Below are positions 28,579-39,218 of a DNA stretch of 64,000 nucleotides, piece after piece. Below the pieces are notes generated by a model. That model did not search any database. It worked only from the letters and a program-made list of their open reading frames with translations, and was not told the origin of the DNA. How positions within the stretch are numbered: the first letter of the stretch is position 1; each line of letters opens with the position of its first letter. Origin of the DNA: Thermoproteota archaeon (GTDB taxonomy: Archaea; Thermoproteota; Methanomethylicia; Methanomethylicales; Methanomethylicaceae); NCBI GenBank assembly GCA_020832905.1, contig JAJHRG010000001.1, forward strand, positions 564,940 to 628,939, given 5' to 3'. The position numbers and the translations under genes are program-made.

Positions 28579-31267
28579 AGATTATTGGTGGTGGATTAAA
28601 AGACCTATTTTAAGAAAATTATTATGTTTACCATTATATTTAGCTAATAGAGAATATAGAAGATGGAGAAATGCAAGATTAAATCCAAGAATTATTAAGA
28701 AAAAATTAGCAGAAATAGATAAAAAATTTCCAAAAAAGAAAGAAGATCTTATTGGAAGAGATAAAGAATATCAATTGATAATGAGTGCAATTGGTTATCA
28801 TGTTATAAGAGATCCTTCACTATTAAATATATTTAAGGGAGCACCTCCACCAAAATTCTTTATACTTAAGGGTACAACAGGTACTGGAAAAACATTACTT
28901 GCAGAAGTTTGTATAAGAGATGCTATAGAATATGGAATAAGTAAGGGAGTAAATGTACAACCAATAGTTGTTATGGGAAGTGATATATTTAATCCATTAT
29001 ATGGACAATCAGTTATTAATTTATCATATATATTTAGAAAAGCAAAGGATACTCCAAGTATAATATTCTTTGATGAATTTCAAAGCATAGGTATACGTGT
29101 AGAAAGACCAATGTATGGTGCAGATAGAGAAGATATGAGAGTACAAGATGCATTTATAGAGCATATTAATAAAATACTAAATACACCTCAAAGAACTATT
29201 GTTATTGCTGCTACAAATAAATTTGAAAGTATTAGAGAAGATATTAGAAGAAGAGCATATGTAATTGATTTAGATCAGAATATTACAAGAGAAATGCTTC
29301 TTGCAGTTCTTAAAGCTGAGTTAGAAAAATATGGATGGACACATTTATCACCTAATGAAGTTTTAACAGTATTAGAAAAAGCTGTAAGTACATATAGACA
29401 AACACAACTTACACCTTTTGATATAATTGATGCATGTAATAGAGTTAGAAGTAAAAAAATAGAACCTTTAAGAGAAAAGTTTTTCAAAAAGATGATATTT
29501 AGTAAAAAAACTACTTCTGATGATTTGAAGTTATTAGTAACAATAGATGATTTTAAGTTAGTTGCAAGAGAGTTAAGAGGATATACAGAACAAGAAAAAA
29601 GCGATGAAGTTATGGCTTCAGTATTAAGAATAAAACCAGCTGTTAGCTATAAAGATATTGGAGGACTTTTTGGAATAAAGGAAAAACTATTTAAAATAAT
29701 ATCTCTAAGTCTTTCTCCTGAATTAGCAAGTAAGTTAAACTGGGTTCCACCAAAAGGCTTTTTACTATGGGGAGAACCTGGTTGTGGAAAAACATATCTT
29801 TCAAAAGCAATTGCAAAAGAAAATAATGCAACATTCTTTTATGTTCCTGCAGCTCAACTTTTAATTAATGCAAAATGGGTTGGAGAACCTGAGAAAAATG
29901 TAAGAGATTTATTTGCACTTGCAAGAAGACATGCACCAAGTATAATATTTTTTGATGAATTTGATGTTATTGCTGGAAAAAGAAGAGGAGATCCTGTAAG
30001 TGATAGATTAACTGCACAAATATTAACAGAACTAGATGGTTTACAGCCATTAGAGAATGTAATAGTAATAGCAGCAACAAATAGATTAGATGCAATTGAT
30101 GAAGCAATAATTAATAGATTTGAACCATATGTAATAGAAATTCCCTTACCAAGAAATGATGCAGAACGTTTAGATATTATAAAGGTTCATTTAAGACATT
30201 ATATTGCTCATCTTCATCCTGAAGTTACTCCTGAGAAAGTATTAAATATACTAAAAAAACATAAAGTAGTTTCTCCAAGAGTAGTTAGTGAAATTATAAG
30301 AGAAGCAAATAGATTAAGATCACAAGAAGTTAATGCAGCAATAGAAATTACTAGAAATAAAGATAGATTAGCAGAAATTTACAATCTTTATAGAGAAGAA
30401 ATTGAAAGATTAAAAGAAGTTTTAGGTGCTTTAGATTATGAAGTACTAAAAGAAGTTAAACCAGAAACCTATAAAATAAGACTTTATCATTTTGAAAAAG
30501 CTGCTGAAGAACTTGAAAGTGAAATTGAAAAAGAAATAATGGATGCTCAGGAAAGTATGATTTATGAGAAACTTAATCCTGGTGTAGCATTAGGTCTTGC
30601 TACAGATCCTCAAGGTAGAAAAGGAGTAATACTAATAGTTGAATGTGCATCAAAACCAAATGGTAGTGGTAAAATTACAGTAACAGGAGCAGCAAAAACT
30701 GCAGTTATAGGTCCTGGTACAACAGTTGAAGATGTAAGTGTTATTGAAAGTGCTACTAATGTCATAGAGTTTATTAAGAGATATATCTATGAAAAACTAG
30801 GAATAGATATTTCAAATTATGATTTTACATTTCAAGTTATAAGTCCACTTGAGGGAGCACCAGGAATGGGAGTAAGTGGTCCAAGTCTTGGTCTTGCTTT
30901 TAGTGTAGCTGCTATATCTGAACTTGCAGGAATAGAAGGAAGAAAAGATGTAGTTATGAGTGGAAAAGGTGATATAAAGGGAAATGTTGGTCCTGTAGGA
31001 GGAATGAGTTGGCGTGGATCAGGAAAAATTTTAGCTGCAATTCAAACAAAAAGAATAAAGATTAAAAAATTTATAATTCCAAAGTGGAATTATGAGCATT
31101 CTCCTGATGAAATAAATATACTTAAAGAAGAAGGTATTGAAGTTATACCTGTTGAAAAGCAAGTAGAAGCATGGCTTAATGTATTCTCAATAACTGAAGA
31201 AGAATTACTAAATAGAATTGCTAAAAATATTGAATTAAAGTCTAATATTAAAGCAATATTAAGGTAA
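28559..31267 (+). CDS. Tandem-AAA+ ATPase fused to a C-terminal Lon (S16) protease domain
   Basis: Walker A/B pair 1: GTTGTGKT / IIFFDEFQ. Walker A/B pair 2: GEPGCGKT / IIFFDEFD, with a classic-AAA IAATNR sensor. The C-terminus GPSLGLAF...DVVMSGKGDIKGNVGPVGGM...GKILAA aligns with the Lon catalytic Ser/Lys region. Confidence 0.75.
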   Translation: MLMEKSEDYWWWIKRPILRKLLCLPLYLANREYRRWRNARLNPRIIKKKLAEIDKKFPKKKEDLIGRDKEYQLIMSAIGYHVIRDPSLLNIFKGAPPPKFFILKGTTGTGKTLLAEVCIRDAIEYGISKGVNVQPIVVMGSDIFNPLYGQSVINLSYIFRKAKDTPSIIFFDEFQSIGIRVERPMYGADREDMRVQDAFIEHINKILNTPQRTIVIAATNKFESIREDIRRRAYVIDLDQNITREMLLAVLKAELEKYGWTHLSPNEVLTVLEKAVSTYRQTQLTPFDIIDACNRVRSKKIEPLREKFFKKMIFSKKTTSDDLKLLVTIDDFKLVARELRGYTEQEKSDEVMASVLRIKPAVSYKDIGGLFGIKEKLFKIISLSLSPELASKLNWVPPKGFLLWGEPGCGKTYLSKAIAKENNATFFYVPAAQLLINAKWVGEPEKNVRDLFALARRHAPSIIFFDEFDVIAGKRRGDPVSDRLTAQILTELDGLQPLENVIVIAATNRLDAIDEAIINRFEPYVIEIPLPRNDAERLDIIKVHLRHYIAHLHPEVTPEKVLNILKKHKVVSPRVVSEIIREANRLRSQEVNAAIEITRNKDRLAEIYNLYREEIERLKEVLGALDYEVLKEVKPETYKIRLYHFEKAAEELESEIEKEIMDAQESMIYEKLNPGVALGLATDPQGRKGVILIVECASKPNGSGKITVTGAAKTAVIGPGTTVEDVSVIESATNVIEFIKRYIYEKLGIDISNYDFTFQVISPLEGAPGMGVSGPSLGLAFSVAAISELAGIEGRKDVVMSGKGDIKGNVGPVGGMSWRGSGKILAAIQTKRIKIKKFIIPKWNYEHSPDEINILKEEGIEVIPVEKQVEAWLNVFSITEEELLNRIAKNIELKSNIKAILR

Positions 31268-31317
31268 TTTCTATCATAAAATAATTTTATTAGTTACTTA
31301 ATTACACAAAGAAGTTT

Positions 31318-32988
31318 ATGGAAGAAATTTTAGCACTAGTATTTATACTTCTGATATCTACTATATGTGCTTTAATATTTGGAAAATTGAAAATTCCATC
31401 AATAGCCTCTTATATAATAGCAGGATTATTAGTAGGACCAATATTAAGAATTGTAGAACCATCTTCTGTACAATTTTTAGCTGATTTAGGTATTGCATTA
31501 ATGACATTTCAAATAGGATTAAACTTTAGATTTGAAGTATTACAAAAAAGAAGAATAGAATTTTTCTTATTATTCATATTTGAACTCATATTCATTTCCT
31601 TTTTATGTATAGTTCTCTCTACTTTACTAGGATTTCCACTTTATGTATCATTTGTACTGATACTTATTGCAATTAATTCTAGCACAATAATTTTCTTTAA
31701 ATTAATAGAAAATAAAATAGATAAAAGAAGTGAATTATTTGAAATTATAGTAGGTTTGGGTATTGCTGAAGATATTTTTGTTATGAGTGGAATTTCAATT
31801 CTTCCATCATTAGTTAGTTTAGAAAAATTTAGAATAATGGAAGCATTTGCTTTAATTGGAAATAGTATTTTAATAGCTATGGGGATTTTGGCTTTTAGTC
31901 TTAATATTGTACCTTATATCATAAATTACTTAATAAAAGAAAAAAATGAAGAAATTTTAATATTACTTATATTAAGTATTGCAATAGGCTATGGTATTAT
32001 AGCTAATTGGTTTGGTCTTTCTTTTGCTTTTGGATCTTTTATTGGTGGTATTTTAATATCTAGATTAAATATACCAGAAGAAACACTTGAAAAAATAAAA
32101 TCATTAAGAGACTTATTTGCTATTATTTTCTTTGTATCTATTGGTCTTTCTACCCCCTATCTTAAAAATATTGAAATGCTACCATTAGCAATTATTATTG
32201 CATTTATGTTAATTATGATAAGATTTATTTCAATTATTTTATCAAGTTGGATAATTTTAGGATATGAAAATGCATTTAAAATGGGAATTGATTTAATGAT
32301 ATTAAGTGAATTTGCTTTAATTGTATCAAGAGAATCTTATAGATTTAATTTAATAAATGAAATAATATTCATTGCTTCAGTATTTTCTGTATTATTTTCA
32401 TCAATTATTGGTTCTATTTTTATTGAAAGAGAAGAATACTTAATAAGAAAAATTGATACTATATTACCATTAAGAATAAAGAATTTTATGAATAAATTTT
32501 CATATATTTTTACATTAACATTAAAGAAAGTAAATATTTCATCTGAAGGTTATAAATTACTACTAAGTTTAATTGAAAAAATGATAATATTAATCAGCAT
32601 ATTGATAGTAGGTTCTATATTATTACAAAATATCATAAGTATATATGGAATACAAAGTTTTTCAATTATTATTTCTACAGTAGTTATAATATTACTATTT
32701 ACTTCATCATTTATAATATTATTAAGAATGCGAAAGGATATAGATCTCTTATTGAATTGGTATATAAATACACTAGAAAGGAAAAATACATTTAAAAAAT
32801 CAATTTACAAACTTATCTTTTTCATAATTAATATAACAATAATCCTGAATATATTTATAATAATAACAAGAATTTTAAGTAGTTATTTTGAAATAACAAA
32901 TATTTTTTCATCTTTAATTTTCTTAGTTTTTGCAATAATTGTAATACTTATACTCTATAGGGAGATAAAAATACTCTTAAGAATTTAA
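31318..32988 (+). CDS. Cation:proton antiporter (CPA2/Kef-type) membrane protein
   Basis: 556 aa, polytopic, with a KefB-like N-terminal TM pattern. Confidence 0.7.
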   Translation: MEEILALVFILLISTICALIFGKLKIPSIASYIIAGLLVGPILRIVEPSSVQFLADLGIALMTFQIGLNFRFEVLQKRRIEFFLLFIFELIFISFLCIVLSTLLGFPLYVSFVLILIAINSSTIIFFKLIENKIDKRSELFEIIVGLGIAEDIFVMSGISILPSLVSLEKFRIMEAFALIGNSILIAMGILAFSLNIVPYIINYLIKEKNEEILILLILSIAIGYGIIANWFGLSFAFGSFIGGILISRLNIPEETLEKIKSLRDLFAIIFFVSIGLSTPYLKNIEMLPLAIIIAFMLIMIRFISIILSSWIILGYENAFKMGIDLMILSEFALIVSRESYRFNLINEIIFIASVFSVLFSSIIGSIFIEREEYLIRKIDTILPLRIKNFMNKFSYIFTLTLKKVNISSEGYKLLLSLIEKMIILISILIVGSILLQNIISIYGIQSFSIIISTVVIILLFTSSFIILLRMRKDIDLLLNWYINTLERKNTFKKSIYKLIFFIINITIILNIFIIITRILSSYFEITNIFSSLIFLVFAIIVILILYREIKILLRI

Positions 32989-33032
32989 TAAATTTTTTAT
33001 ATTAGTCATTTCTAATCATTAATGTGGTTTAA

Positions 33033-34202
33033 ATGGAATATGATGTAGTTGTAGTTGGAGCAGGACCAGCAGGTCTTATGGCTGCAAGAAAAATAGCAGA
33101 AAAAGGATTTTCAGTTTTAATATTAGAAAAAGAAAAAGATTTAGGAGTAAGAGCTTGTGCAGAAGCTGTTTCTGCAAATGCTTTTGATACTGCAGAAATT
33201 TCTCCTTCTCCTTCTCTTATATCAAATAAAATAGATGGAGCTTATGTTTTTCCTCCTGATGAAAGTAAAGTAGTAAAAATTTCAGGAGAAAATTATAAAG
33301 GATATATATTAAATAAATCATTGTTTTTATATGCATTAGCAAGTAAAGCAGTAGCTGCTGGTTGTGATATAAAAATGCAAAGTGAAGTTATTAATGTAGA
33401 ACTTTCAAATAATAAGGCTACTTCTGTAATCTATAAAGAAAAAGGTGAAATTAAAAAAGTAAATCTTAAATATTTAGTAGGTGCTGATGGTACAAATTCC
33501 ATAGTTGCACGTTCATGTGGTTTTGATTTAAGTAACTATGAAATAATTCCAACAATTCAATATGTAATGGTAAATTGTAATATTCCTGAAAAAAATATGA
33601 TAAGAATTTATCTTGGAAATGAAGTTGCTCCTCTTGGATATGCATGGATTTTTGCAAAAAATGAATATATTGCTAATGTTGGAATTGGTGTAAGAGGAAA
33701 AACTGCAAAAGTATATCTTGATAAATTCATAGAAAATCATAAAGAATTTTTCAAAAATGCAAAAATCATAAAGGAAGGTGGTGGTGGCGTACCTATTGGA
33801 GGACAATTAAAAGAAATTGTAAAAGAAAATATTGTATTATGTGGAGATGCAGCTGGACAAGTAATTCCTTTAACAGGAGGAGGAATTAGAAGTAGTATGG
33901 AAGCAGGAAAAATTGCAGGTGAAGTAATTGCAAAAGCATTAGAAGAAAAAGATATAACAATATTAAAAGAATATCCAAAAAGATATGAAGATCCTTGGGG
34001 TATGAGAATTTCAAAAAGCTTAAAGGTATTAAGAATTTTTGAAAAACTTTCAGATGATGATATGAATATGCTTGCAGAAGTTATTAGTGGAGATGATATT
34101 GTTGATCTTGCAAATGGACTTGATATAAAAAGAGTAGCAAAAAAGCTTATGTCACATCCAATTTTTGCTATTAAAATAGCTTCTAAGATTTTATCATCAT
34201 AA
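33033..34202 (+). CDS. Geranylgeranyl reductase family (digeranylgeranylglycerophospholipid reductase)
   Basis: FAD motif DVVVVGAGPAG. GGR-family length and blocks. An archaeal lipid biosynthesis marker. Confidence 0.85.
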   Translation: MEYDVVVVGAGPAGLMAARKIAEKGFSVLILEKEKDLGVRACAEAVSANAFDTAEISPSPSLISNKIDGAYVFPPDESKVVKISGENYKGYILNKSLFLYALASKAVAAGCDIKMQSEVINVELSNNKATSVIYKEKGEIKKVNLKYLVGADGTNSIVARSCGFDLSNYEIIPTIQYVMVNCNIPEKNMIRIYLGNEVAPLGYAWIFAKNEYIANVGIGVRGKTAKVYLDKFIENHKEFFKNAKIIKEGGGGVPIGGQLKEIVKENIVLCGDAAGQVIPLTGGGIRSSMEAGKIAGEVIAKALEEKDITILKEYPKRYEDPWGMRISKSLKVLRIFEKLSDDDMNMLAEVISGDDIVDLANGLDIKRVAKKLMSHPIFAIKIASKILSS

Positions 34203-34234
34203 ATTTTTTAATATTTTTTTAATTACTATAATTT

Positions 34235-34774
34235 ATGAAAAAAGCTCTTTTGATAATAGATATGCTAAATGATTTTATATATGGATCATTAGCAAGTCCA
34301 ACAAATAAAGAAATAATTCCTAATGTTAAGAAATTACTTTTATGGGCAAGAAAAATAAAAATTCCAGTTATTTACATATGTGATTCTCATTATCCTGAAA
34401 TAGATTGGGAATTAAAAATTTGGGGGCCTCATGCAATTATTGGAACTAAAGGTGCTGAAATAATAGATGAACTTAAGCCAGAACCTAATGAATATATTGT
34501 TAGAAAAAGAAGATATAGTGGATTTTTCCAAACTGATTTAGGAATTTTATTAAGAGAACTTTCAGTTGATACATTAATACTTACAGGATTGGATACTTCT
34601 ATTTGCATAAGACATACTGCTGCAGATGCATTTTTTAGAGGATATAAATTAATAATTCCAAGAGATGCTGTAATAACATTTAATCCAAAGGATAATGAAG
34701 AAGCATTAGAATATTTAAAAAAAGTATATGGAGCAGAAATTAAAACTACAGATGAAATAATAAGAGAGGAATAA
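34235..34774 (+). CDS. Isochorismatase-family cysteine hydrolase (nicotinamidase-like)
   Basis: LLIIDM..D N-terminus and catalytic Cys region LTGLDTSICIRHTA. Confidence 0.8.
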   Translation: MKKALLIIDMLNDFIYGSLASPTNKEIIPNVKKLLLWARKIKIPVIYICDSHYPEIDWELKIWGPHAIIGTKGAEIIDELKPEPNEYIVRKRRYSGFFQTDLGILLRELSVDTLILTGLDTSICIRHTAADAFFRGYKLIIPRDAVITFNPKDNEEALEYLKKVYGAEIKTTDEIIREE

Positions 34775-34776
34775 TT

Positions 34777-35313
34777 ATGAAAAAAGATGTTGAGAATTTT
34801 TATTATTTATTACATCCAAGACCTGTAGTTCTTATATGTTCAGGTAATGAAAAAATAAATATAATGGCATGTTCATGGATAACTCCAGTAAGTGAAGAAC
34901 CGCCAATGATTGCTATATCATTATGGAAAGAAGGATATACATGTAAGCTAATAGAATCATGTAAGGAATTTACAGTTAATATTCCATCTATTGATTTAAT
35001 AAAAGCAGTATGGATTGCAGGAACAAAAAGTGGAAAAAATGTAGATAAAATAGCATTAACTGGATTAAAGCTTAGTCCATCAAAAAAGATTAAAGTTCCA
35101 ATAATTGAGGATTGTATAGGTCATTTAGAATGTAAATTATCTAAATCAATAGAAGTTGGAGAATGTAATTTATATATAGGAGAAGTTCTAGCTGCATATG
35201 CAAAAGAAGAATTATTAGAAAAAGGAGTATGGAGTGAAAATGCAAAAGTATTATTACATTCAGGTGGAAAAATATTTACAATACCAGGTAAATTAACTAC
35301 AGTGAGAATATGA
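34777..35313 (+). CDS. Flavin reductase-like FMN-binding split-barrel protein
   Basis: RPVVLI..MACSW..P..I pattern. Confidence 0.65.
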   Translation: MKKDVENFYYLLHPRPVVLICSGNEKINIMACSWITPVSEEPPMIAISLWKEGYTCKLIESCKEFTVNIPSIDLIKAVWIAGTKSGKNVDKIALTGLKLSPSKKIKVPIIEDCIGHLECKLSKSIEVGECNLYIGEVLAAYAKEELLEKGVWSENAKVLLHSGGKIFTIPGKLTTVRI

Positions 35314-35690
35314 GAATTGTAATTTTATTTGAATCTGGAATTTCTATAGAGTGTGAATTAAATGAAAAAGAAAATCCAAAAACAATTAAGGCTCTTTTAA
35401 ATTCATTACCTTTTGAATCAAGAGTAAATCTCTGGGGAAAAGAAATTTATTTTGCAGTACCTTTTTCTGCTGAAATTGAAAATCCAAAAGAAATTGTTGA
35501 GATTGGTGATATAGCATACTGGCCTGAAGAACCATCATTATGTTTATTTTTTGGACCAACACCAATAAGTCCATCTCCAGATATAATAAAACCATATAGT
35601 CCAGTAAATGTAATTGGAAAAATTATTAGTGATTTAAAAATCTTAGAGAAAATTAAAGAAGGAGAAAGAGTGAGAGTAATGCTTAAATAA
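35310..35690 (+). CDS. Cyclophilin-like fold small protein (tentative)
   Basis: 126 aa. GDIAYWP...LCLFFGPTP block. Confidence 0.35.
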   Translation: MRIVILFESGISIECELNEKENPKTIKALLNSLPFESRVNLWGKEIYFAVPFSAEIENPKEIVEIGDIAYWPEEPSLCLFFGPTPISPSPDIIKPYSPVNVIGKIISDLKILEKIKEGERVRVMLK

Positions 35691-35712
35691 AATACTTATT
35701 TTTGCAATTTTT

Positions 35713-36576
35713 ATGAAATTTGCTACATGTGAATATAAAGGAAGAACATATGCTTGTGTAATTATTGGAAATAATGTAATAAGACTTTCATTATTAGAAT
35801 GTACAAAAGGAATTCCAGATAGAGATCTTTTACCATTTATTGAAATTGCAGATGAAAAATTATTAAATTCTTTAAAAGAAGAAATTGAAAGTAAAAATTA
35901 CAATGATTTAAAATTAGAAGAAGTAAGATTAAGAGCTCCTATATTAAGACCACCTGCAGTATATTGTCTTGGATTTAATTATAAAGCTCATTCAGTAGAA
36001 TTAAAAAGAAAAATACCAGAAGAACCAATTGTATTTTTAAAACCATCAAAAGCTGTTATTGGACCTGATGATTATATAATACTTCCAAAAGTATCAAAAA
36101 GAGTAGATTATGAAGTTGAATTGGCCATAGTTATTGGAAAAGGAGGAAGATATATTAAGAAGAATGAAGTTTATGATAGGATTTTTGGTTATACTATATT
36201 AAATGATATAACAGCAAGAGATATTCAAGAAAAAGATTTTATGGAATCAAAACCATGGTTAAGATCTAAGGGATTTGATACTTTTGCACCAATAGGTCCA
36301 GTAATTGTTACAAAGGATGAAATTGGAATTTATCCAGAACTTGATTTAGAACTTAGAGTAAATGGAGAAATTAGACAAAAATCAAATACTAGAGAAATGA
36401 TTTTTGATATTCCAACAATAGTAGAATACATTTCATCATTTACCACACTAGAACCTGGAACTATAATAGCTACAGGAACACCAGAAAAAGTAGGTCAATT
36501 AAAAGATGGAGATATTGTTGAAGCATATATTGAAAAGATAGGTATATTAAGAAATAAAGCAATTCAAGAATTATGA
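35713..36576 (+). CDS. Fumarylacetoacetate hydrolase (FAH) family protein
   Basis: DYEVELAIVIG and the LNDITARDIQ metal-binding region. Confidence 0.85.
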   Translation: MKFATCEYKGRTYACVIIGNNVIRLSLLECTKGIPDRDLLPFIEIADEKLLNSLKEEIESKNYNDLKLEEVRLRAPILRPPAVYCLGFNYKAHSVELKRKIPEEPIVFLKPSKAVIGPDDYIILPKVSKRVDYEVELAIVIGKGGRYIKKNEVYDRIFGYTILNDITARDIQEKDFMESKPWLRSKGFDTFAPIGPVIVTKDEIGIYPELDLELRVNGEIRQKSNTREMIFDIPTIVEYISSFTTLEPGTIIATGTPEKVGQLKDGDIVEAYIEKIGILRNKAIQEL

Positions 36577-37241
36577 ATATAAGAAAATTAACAGTAATTG
36601 TAATATTTTCAGCTATTTATGCAGTAATTAGCTTACTTCCTGGATTTCAAGTAATTGGAATGCCAGGTGTTGATATAAAAATTACTAGAAGCTTAGATAT
36701 AATCTATGGAATAATATTAGGACCATTATTTGGCTCTTTAGCTTCTTTTATAGGAGCAATTATAGGAAGAATAATTACAGGTGGAGGAATTGGTTTATTA
36801 TTTACACCACTTGCAATAGTTTCCTCATTTATCTCTGGAATTACCTATGTAAAAGAAAAAGGATGGATAATATCTTCAATAATTTTCTCTATTATAATAA
36901 CATCTTGGTATATTGGGCTTGGAAAAGAAATTCCATTTTATGCTATTCCACATATTATTGGATTACTAATTTTAATTATTTTAGGATATAGAATAAGGAG
37001 TTTAATTAATTCAAAAAATAATAAAAATACATTATTAGGATTAATCTTAATAAGCTATTCATCAACAATGGCAGGACATATGGTTGGAAATATGATTTTC
37101 CTAGTATTAATTAATCCCCCTCCAATTTTCTTTATGACAATACTTCCATTAACAATTTTTGAAAGAATTACAATAACATTAATAAGTGCTTTAATAGGAT
37201 TACCATTAATAAGAATAATAAATAAACTCATTAAGTTATAA
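36573..37241 (+). CDS. Hypothetical polytopic membrane protein
   Basis: 222 aa, 5-6 TM segments. Confidence 0.3.
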   Translation: MNIRKLTVIVIFSAIYAVISLLPGFQVIGMPGVDIKITRSLDIIYGIILGPLFGSLASFIGAIIGRIITGGGIGLLFTPLAIVSSFISGITYVKEKGWIISSIIFSIIITSWYIGLGKEIPFYAIPHIIGLLILIILGYRIRSLINSKNNKNTLLGLILISYSSTMAGHMVGNMIFLVLINPPPIFFMTILPLTIFERITITLISALIGLPLIRIINKLIKL

Positions 37242-37664
37242 TTTATGTTTTTGCTTTTTATTTTCATCAAAAATATGAATTACTTCATATCCTTTTTTAA
37301 CAAGAATATTAGCAATAAATCTTCTATGACATTTAAACCATAATTTTTCACTACACATTATTGCTAATATTTTTGATTTTGAAAGTTCTTCTATTTTATT
37401 AATACCTTCTTTAAATTTCTCACTTTTAATATAATTTTCATATCCTTCTTTTCTATAACCTCCAAGTTCTTCACCAAGCCATACATAATTTATATTTTCC
37501 TTCATTAATCTTTCAGGTAATTTATTTATTGAAAACCATGGAAATTTTTTACTAGTAGGAAATCTCCTAACATCTACTACTAATTCTATATCATAATATT
37601 TTAATATCTTAATGAATTCTTCTATATTTCTATTTCCATGTCCAATAGTATATATAATCATCAA
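37236..37664 (-). CDS. DUF488-like protein (tentative)
   Basis: IYTIGHGNR N-terminus pattern. Confidence 0.35.
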   Translation of the reverse strand: MMIIYTIGHGNRNIEEFIKILKYYDIELVVDVRRFPTSKKFPWFSINKLPERLMKENINYVWLGEELGGYRKEGYENYIKSEKFKEGINKIEELSKSKILAIMCSEKLWFKCHRRFIANILVKKGYEVIHIFDENKKQKHKL

Positions 37665-37761
37665 AATTCTAAAAGAAAATAAGTTTTATAAAATTAGAGA
37701 AACATTTTAGAAGAAGTCAATTCCATTAGTTTTTTATTAATCCTCTTTTTTATCATTAATT

Positions 37762-38349
37762 ATGAAAAAGACAATACTAATATCATTTATAATTGCAATA
37801 TTAATAACATTATTTTCTAGTGTATATGCTAAGGATTTATCAAAATCTGAAATAGTACACTTCTGGATAGCTGTACCAGCAGGTAATATAACAGAACCTA
37901 TTACTATTATAAAAGCAGGTTTACCTCCAATAAAAATGGCTCCATTAGTAATTGATTTAGATCAAAGAGGCATACTTAAGAAAATATTAAATCCAAATAC
38001 TGAAGCTATATCTACTCATTGGATTTATAATATTGGTAAAAAACCAATAAGAATTAAACTTGAATTAATTGAAGCTAATTATCCAATTAGATGGGAAGTA
38101 AAAGCAGCATGGCCTTATGATCCTGAAACACATACATTTACAAAACCTTTACCTCCAGGTATGGGAATACCTAAGCTAAGTATTGATTGGATTTTTGAAA
38201 TACCAAATTACTATATGGATGAAAAAGTAATTTATGATGGTGGATTATTAGTAATAGATGCAGATACTAATGAACTTCTTACTTTTATACCAATAAAACT
38301 CATTAGAGGAGGAATTTCTCAAGGAGGAGGAGCAAGTTGTTGTGGTTAA
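37762..38349 (+). CDS. Secreted protein with signal peptide and C-terminal GGGASCCG tail
   Basis: N-terminal signal sequence. A Gly-rich C-terminus ending in Cys-Cys-Gly. Overlaps the downstream NapH-like gene. Confidence 0.4.
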   Translation: MKKTILISFIIAILITLFSSVYAKDLSKSEIVHFWIAVPAGNITEPITIIKAGLPPIKMAPLVIDLDQRGILKKILNPNTEAISTHWIYNIGKKPIRIKLELIEANYPIRWEVKAAWPYDPETHTFTKPLPPGMGIPKLSIDWIFEIPNYYMDEKVIYDGGLLVIDADTNELLTFIPIKLIRGGISQGGGASCCG

Positions 38350-39218
38350 AAAGTTTAATGAGAAATAAGTATAGATATATTTCTTGGATAATTGGCTTCA
38401 TATTATTTGTAGGACCATTTGCAATTATAATGCATATTTACTATTACTTAGCAGGAATATTAAGAGAACCAGATTTACATATGACATGTTTTAGAATGCC
38501 AATTGATTGGATATTTTCAGGAAGAATTTACTATATATTTAGCTATCCTGAAATGTTTTTATTTATATTTGTAGTACTAATAACTTCATTAATATTAGGA
38601 CCAGTATTTTGTGGTTGGTTATGTCCAGTTGGTGCTTTTAGTGAAGCTATTAGTAGAATAATTCCCTTACCAAATAAGTATAGAATTCAAATAAAAGATC
38701 CAAAGATAACAAGAGCAATAAGATATGGATTTCTTACTGGATTTATTATGATTTCTATATTGATTCTCTTAGGATTTTCAGAAAGATTTGCAGCAATATG
38801 TTGTTGGTATTGTGCATCATCAGTATTACAGCAAATAATTAATGGAATTATCAATCCAATAGAATTAGAATATTGGTTTAGTGGCTCTATAATTGTTTTA
38901 ATATTTTGGTTAATAATTGGTGGAATATTTACTGTAGGAGGAAGAGGATGGTGTTTATTCTTCTGTCCACTAGGTGCACTATCAGGTATATTTCATAAAA
39001 TTGGTTCTAAACTTGGATTTTATAGAACTATAAGAATAGAAGGTAAATGTATTAACTGTGGTAAATGCATATCAGTATGTCCAATGCAAGCAATTGATTC
39101 TAATTTCTCAATTGAAAGAACACTTTGTATAAATTGTAAGGAATGCATATCAAGATGTCCAAATAAACTTTATAAAATGATTTGGAGGAGTAAAAATGCT
39201 TCTTCAAAAATTAATTAA
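38337..39218 (+). CDS. NapH/MauN-like membrane polyferredoxin
   Basis: Two CxxxCP TM motifs (CGWLCPVGA, FFCPLGALSG) plus two C-terminal 4Fe-4S motifs (CINCGKCISVCP, CINCKECISRCP). Confidence 0.6.
   Translation: MLWLKSLMRNKYRYISWIIGFILFVGPFAIIMHIYYYLAGILREPDLHMTCFRMPIDWIFSGRIYYIFSYPEMFLFIFVVLITSLILGPVFCGWLCPVGAFSEAISRIIPLPNKYRIQIKDPKITRAIRYGFLTGFIMISILILLGFSERFAAICCWYCASSVLQQIINGIINPIELEYWFSGSIIVLIFWLIIGGIFTVGGRGWCLFFCPLGALSGIFHKIGSKLGFYRTIRIEGKCINCGKCISVCPMQAIDSNFSIERTLCINCKECISRCPNKLYKMIWRSKNASSKIN

Noticed and set aside
29275-29487. 70-aa ORF antisense in the AAA-Lon gene
   Set aside because: Antisense to an AAA domain.
33466-33806. Two minus-strand ORFs inside the GGR gene
   Set aside because: Antisense to the conserved flavoprotein.
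35386-35595. 69-aa ORF antisense in the cyclophilin-like gene
   Set aside because: Antisense. Low-complexity.
37055-37270. 71-aa ORF on minus strand overlapping the membrane protein gene end
   Set aside because: It overlaps two better-supported genes.
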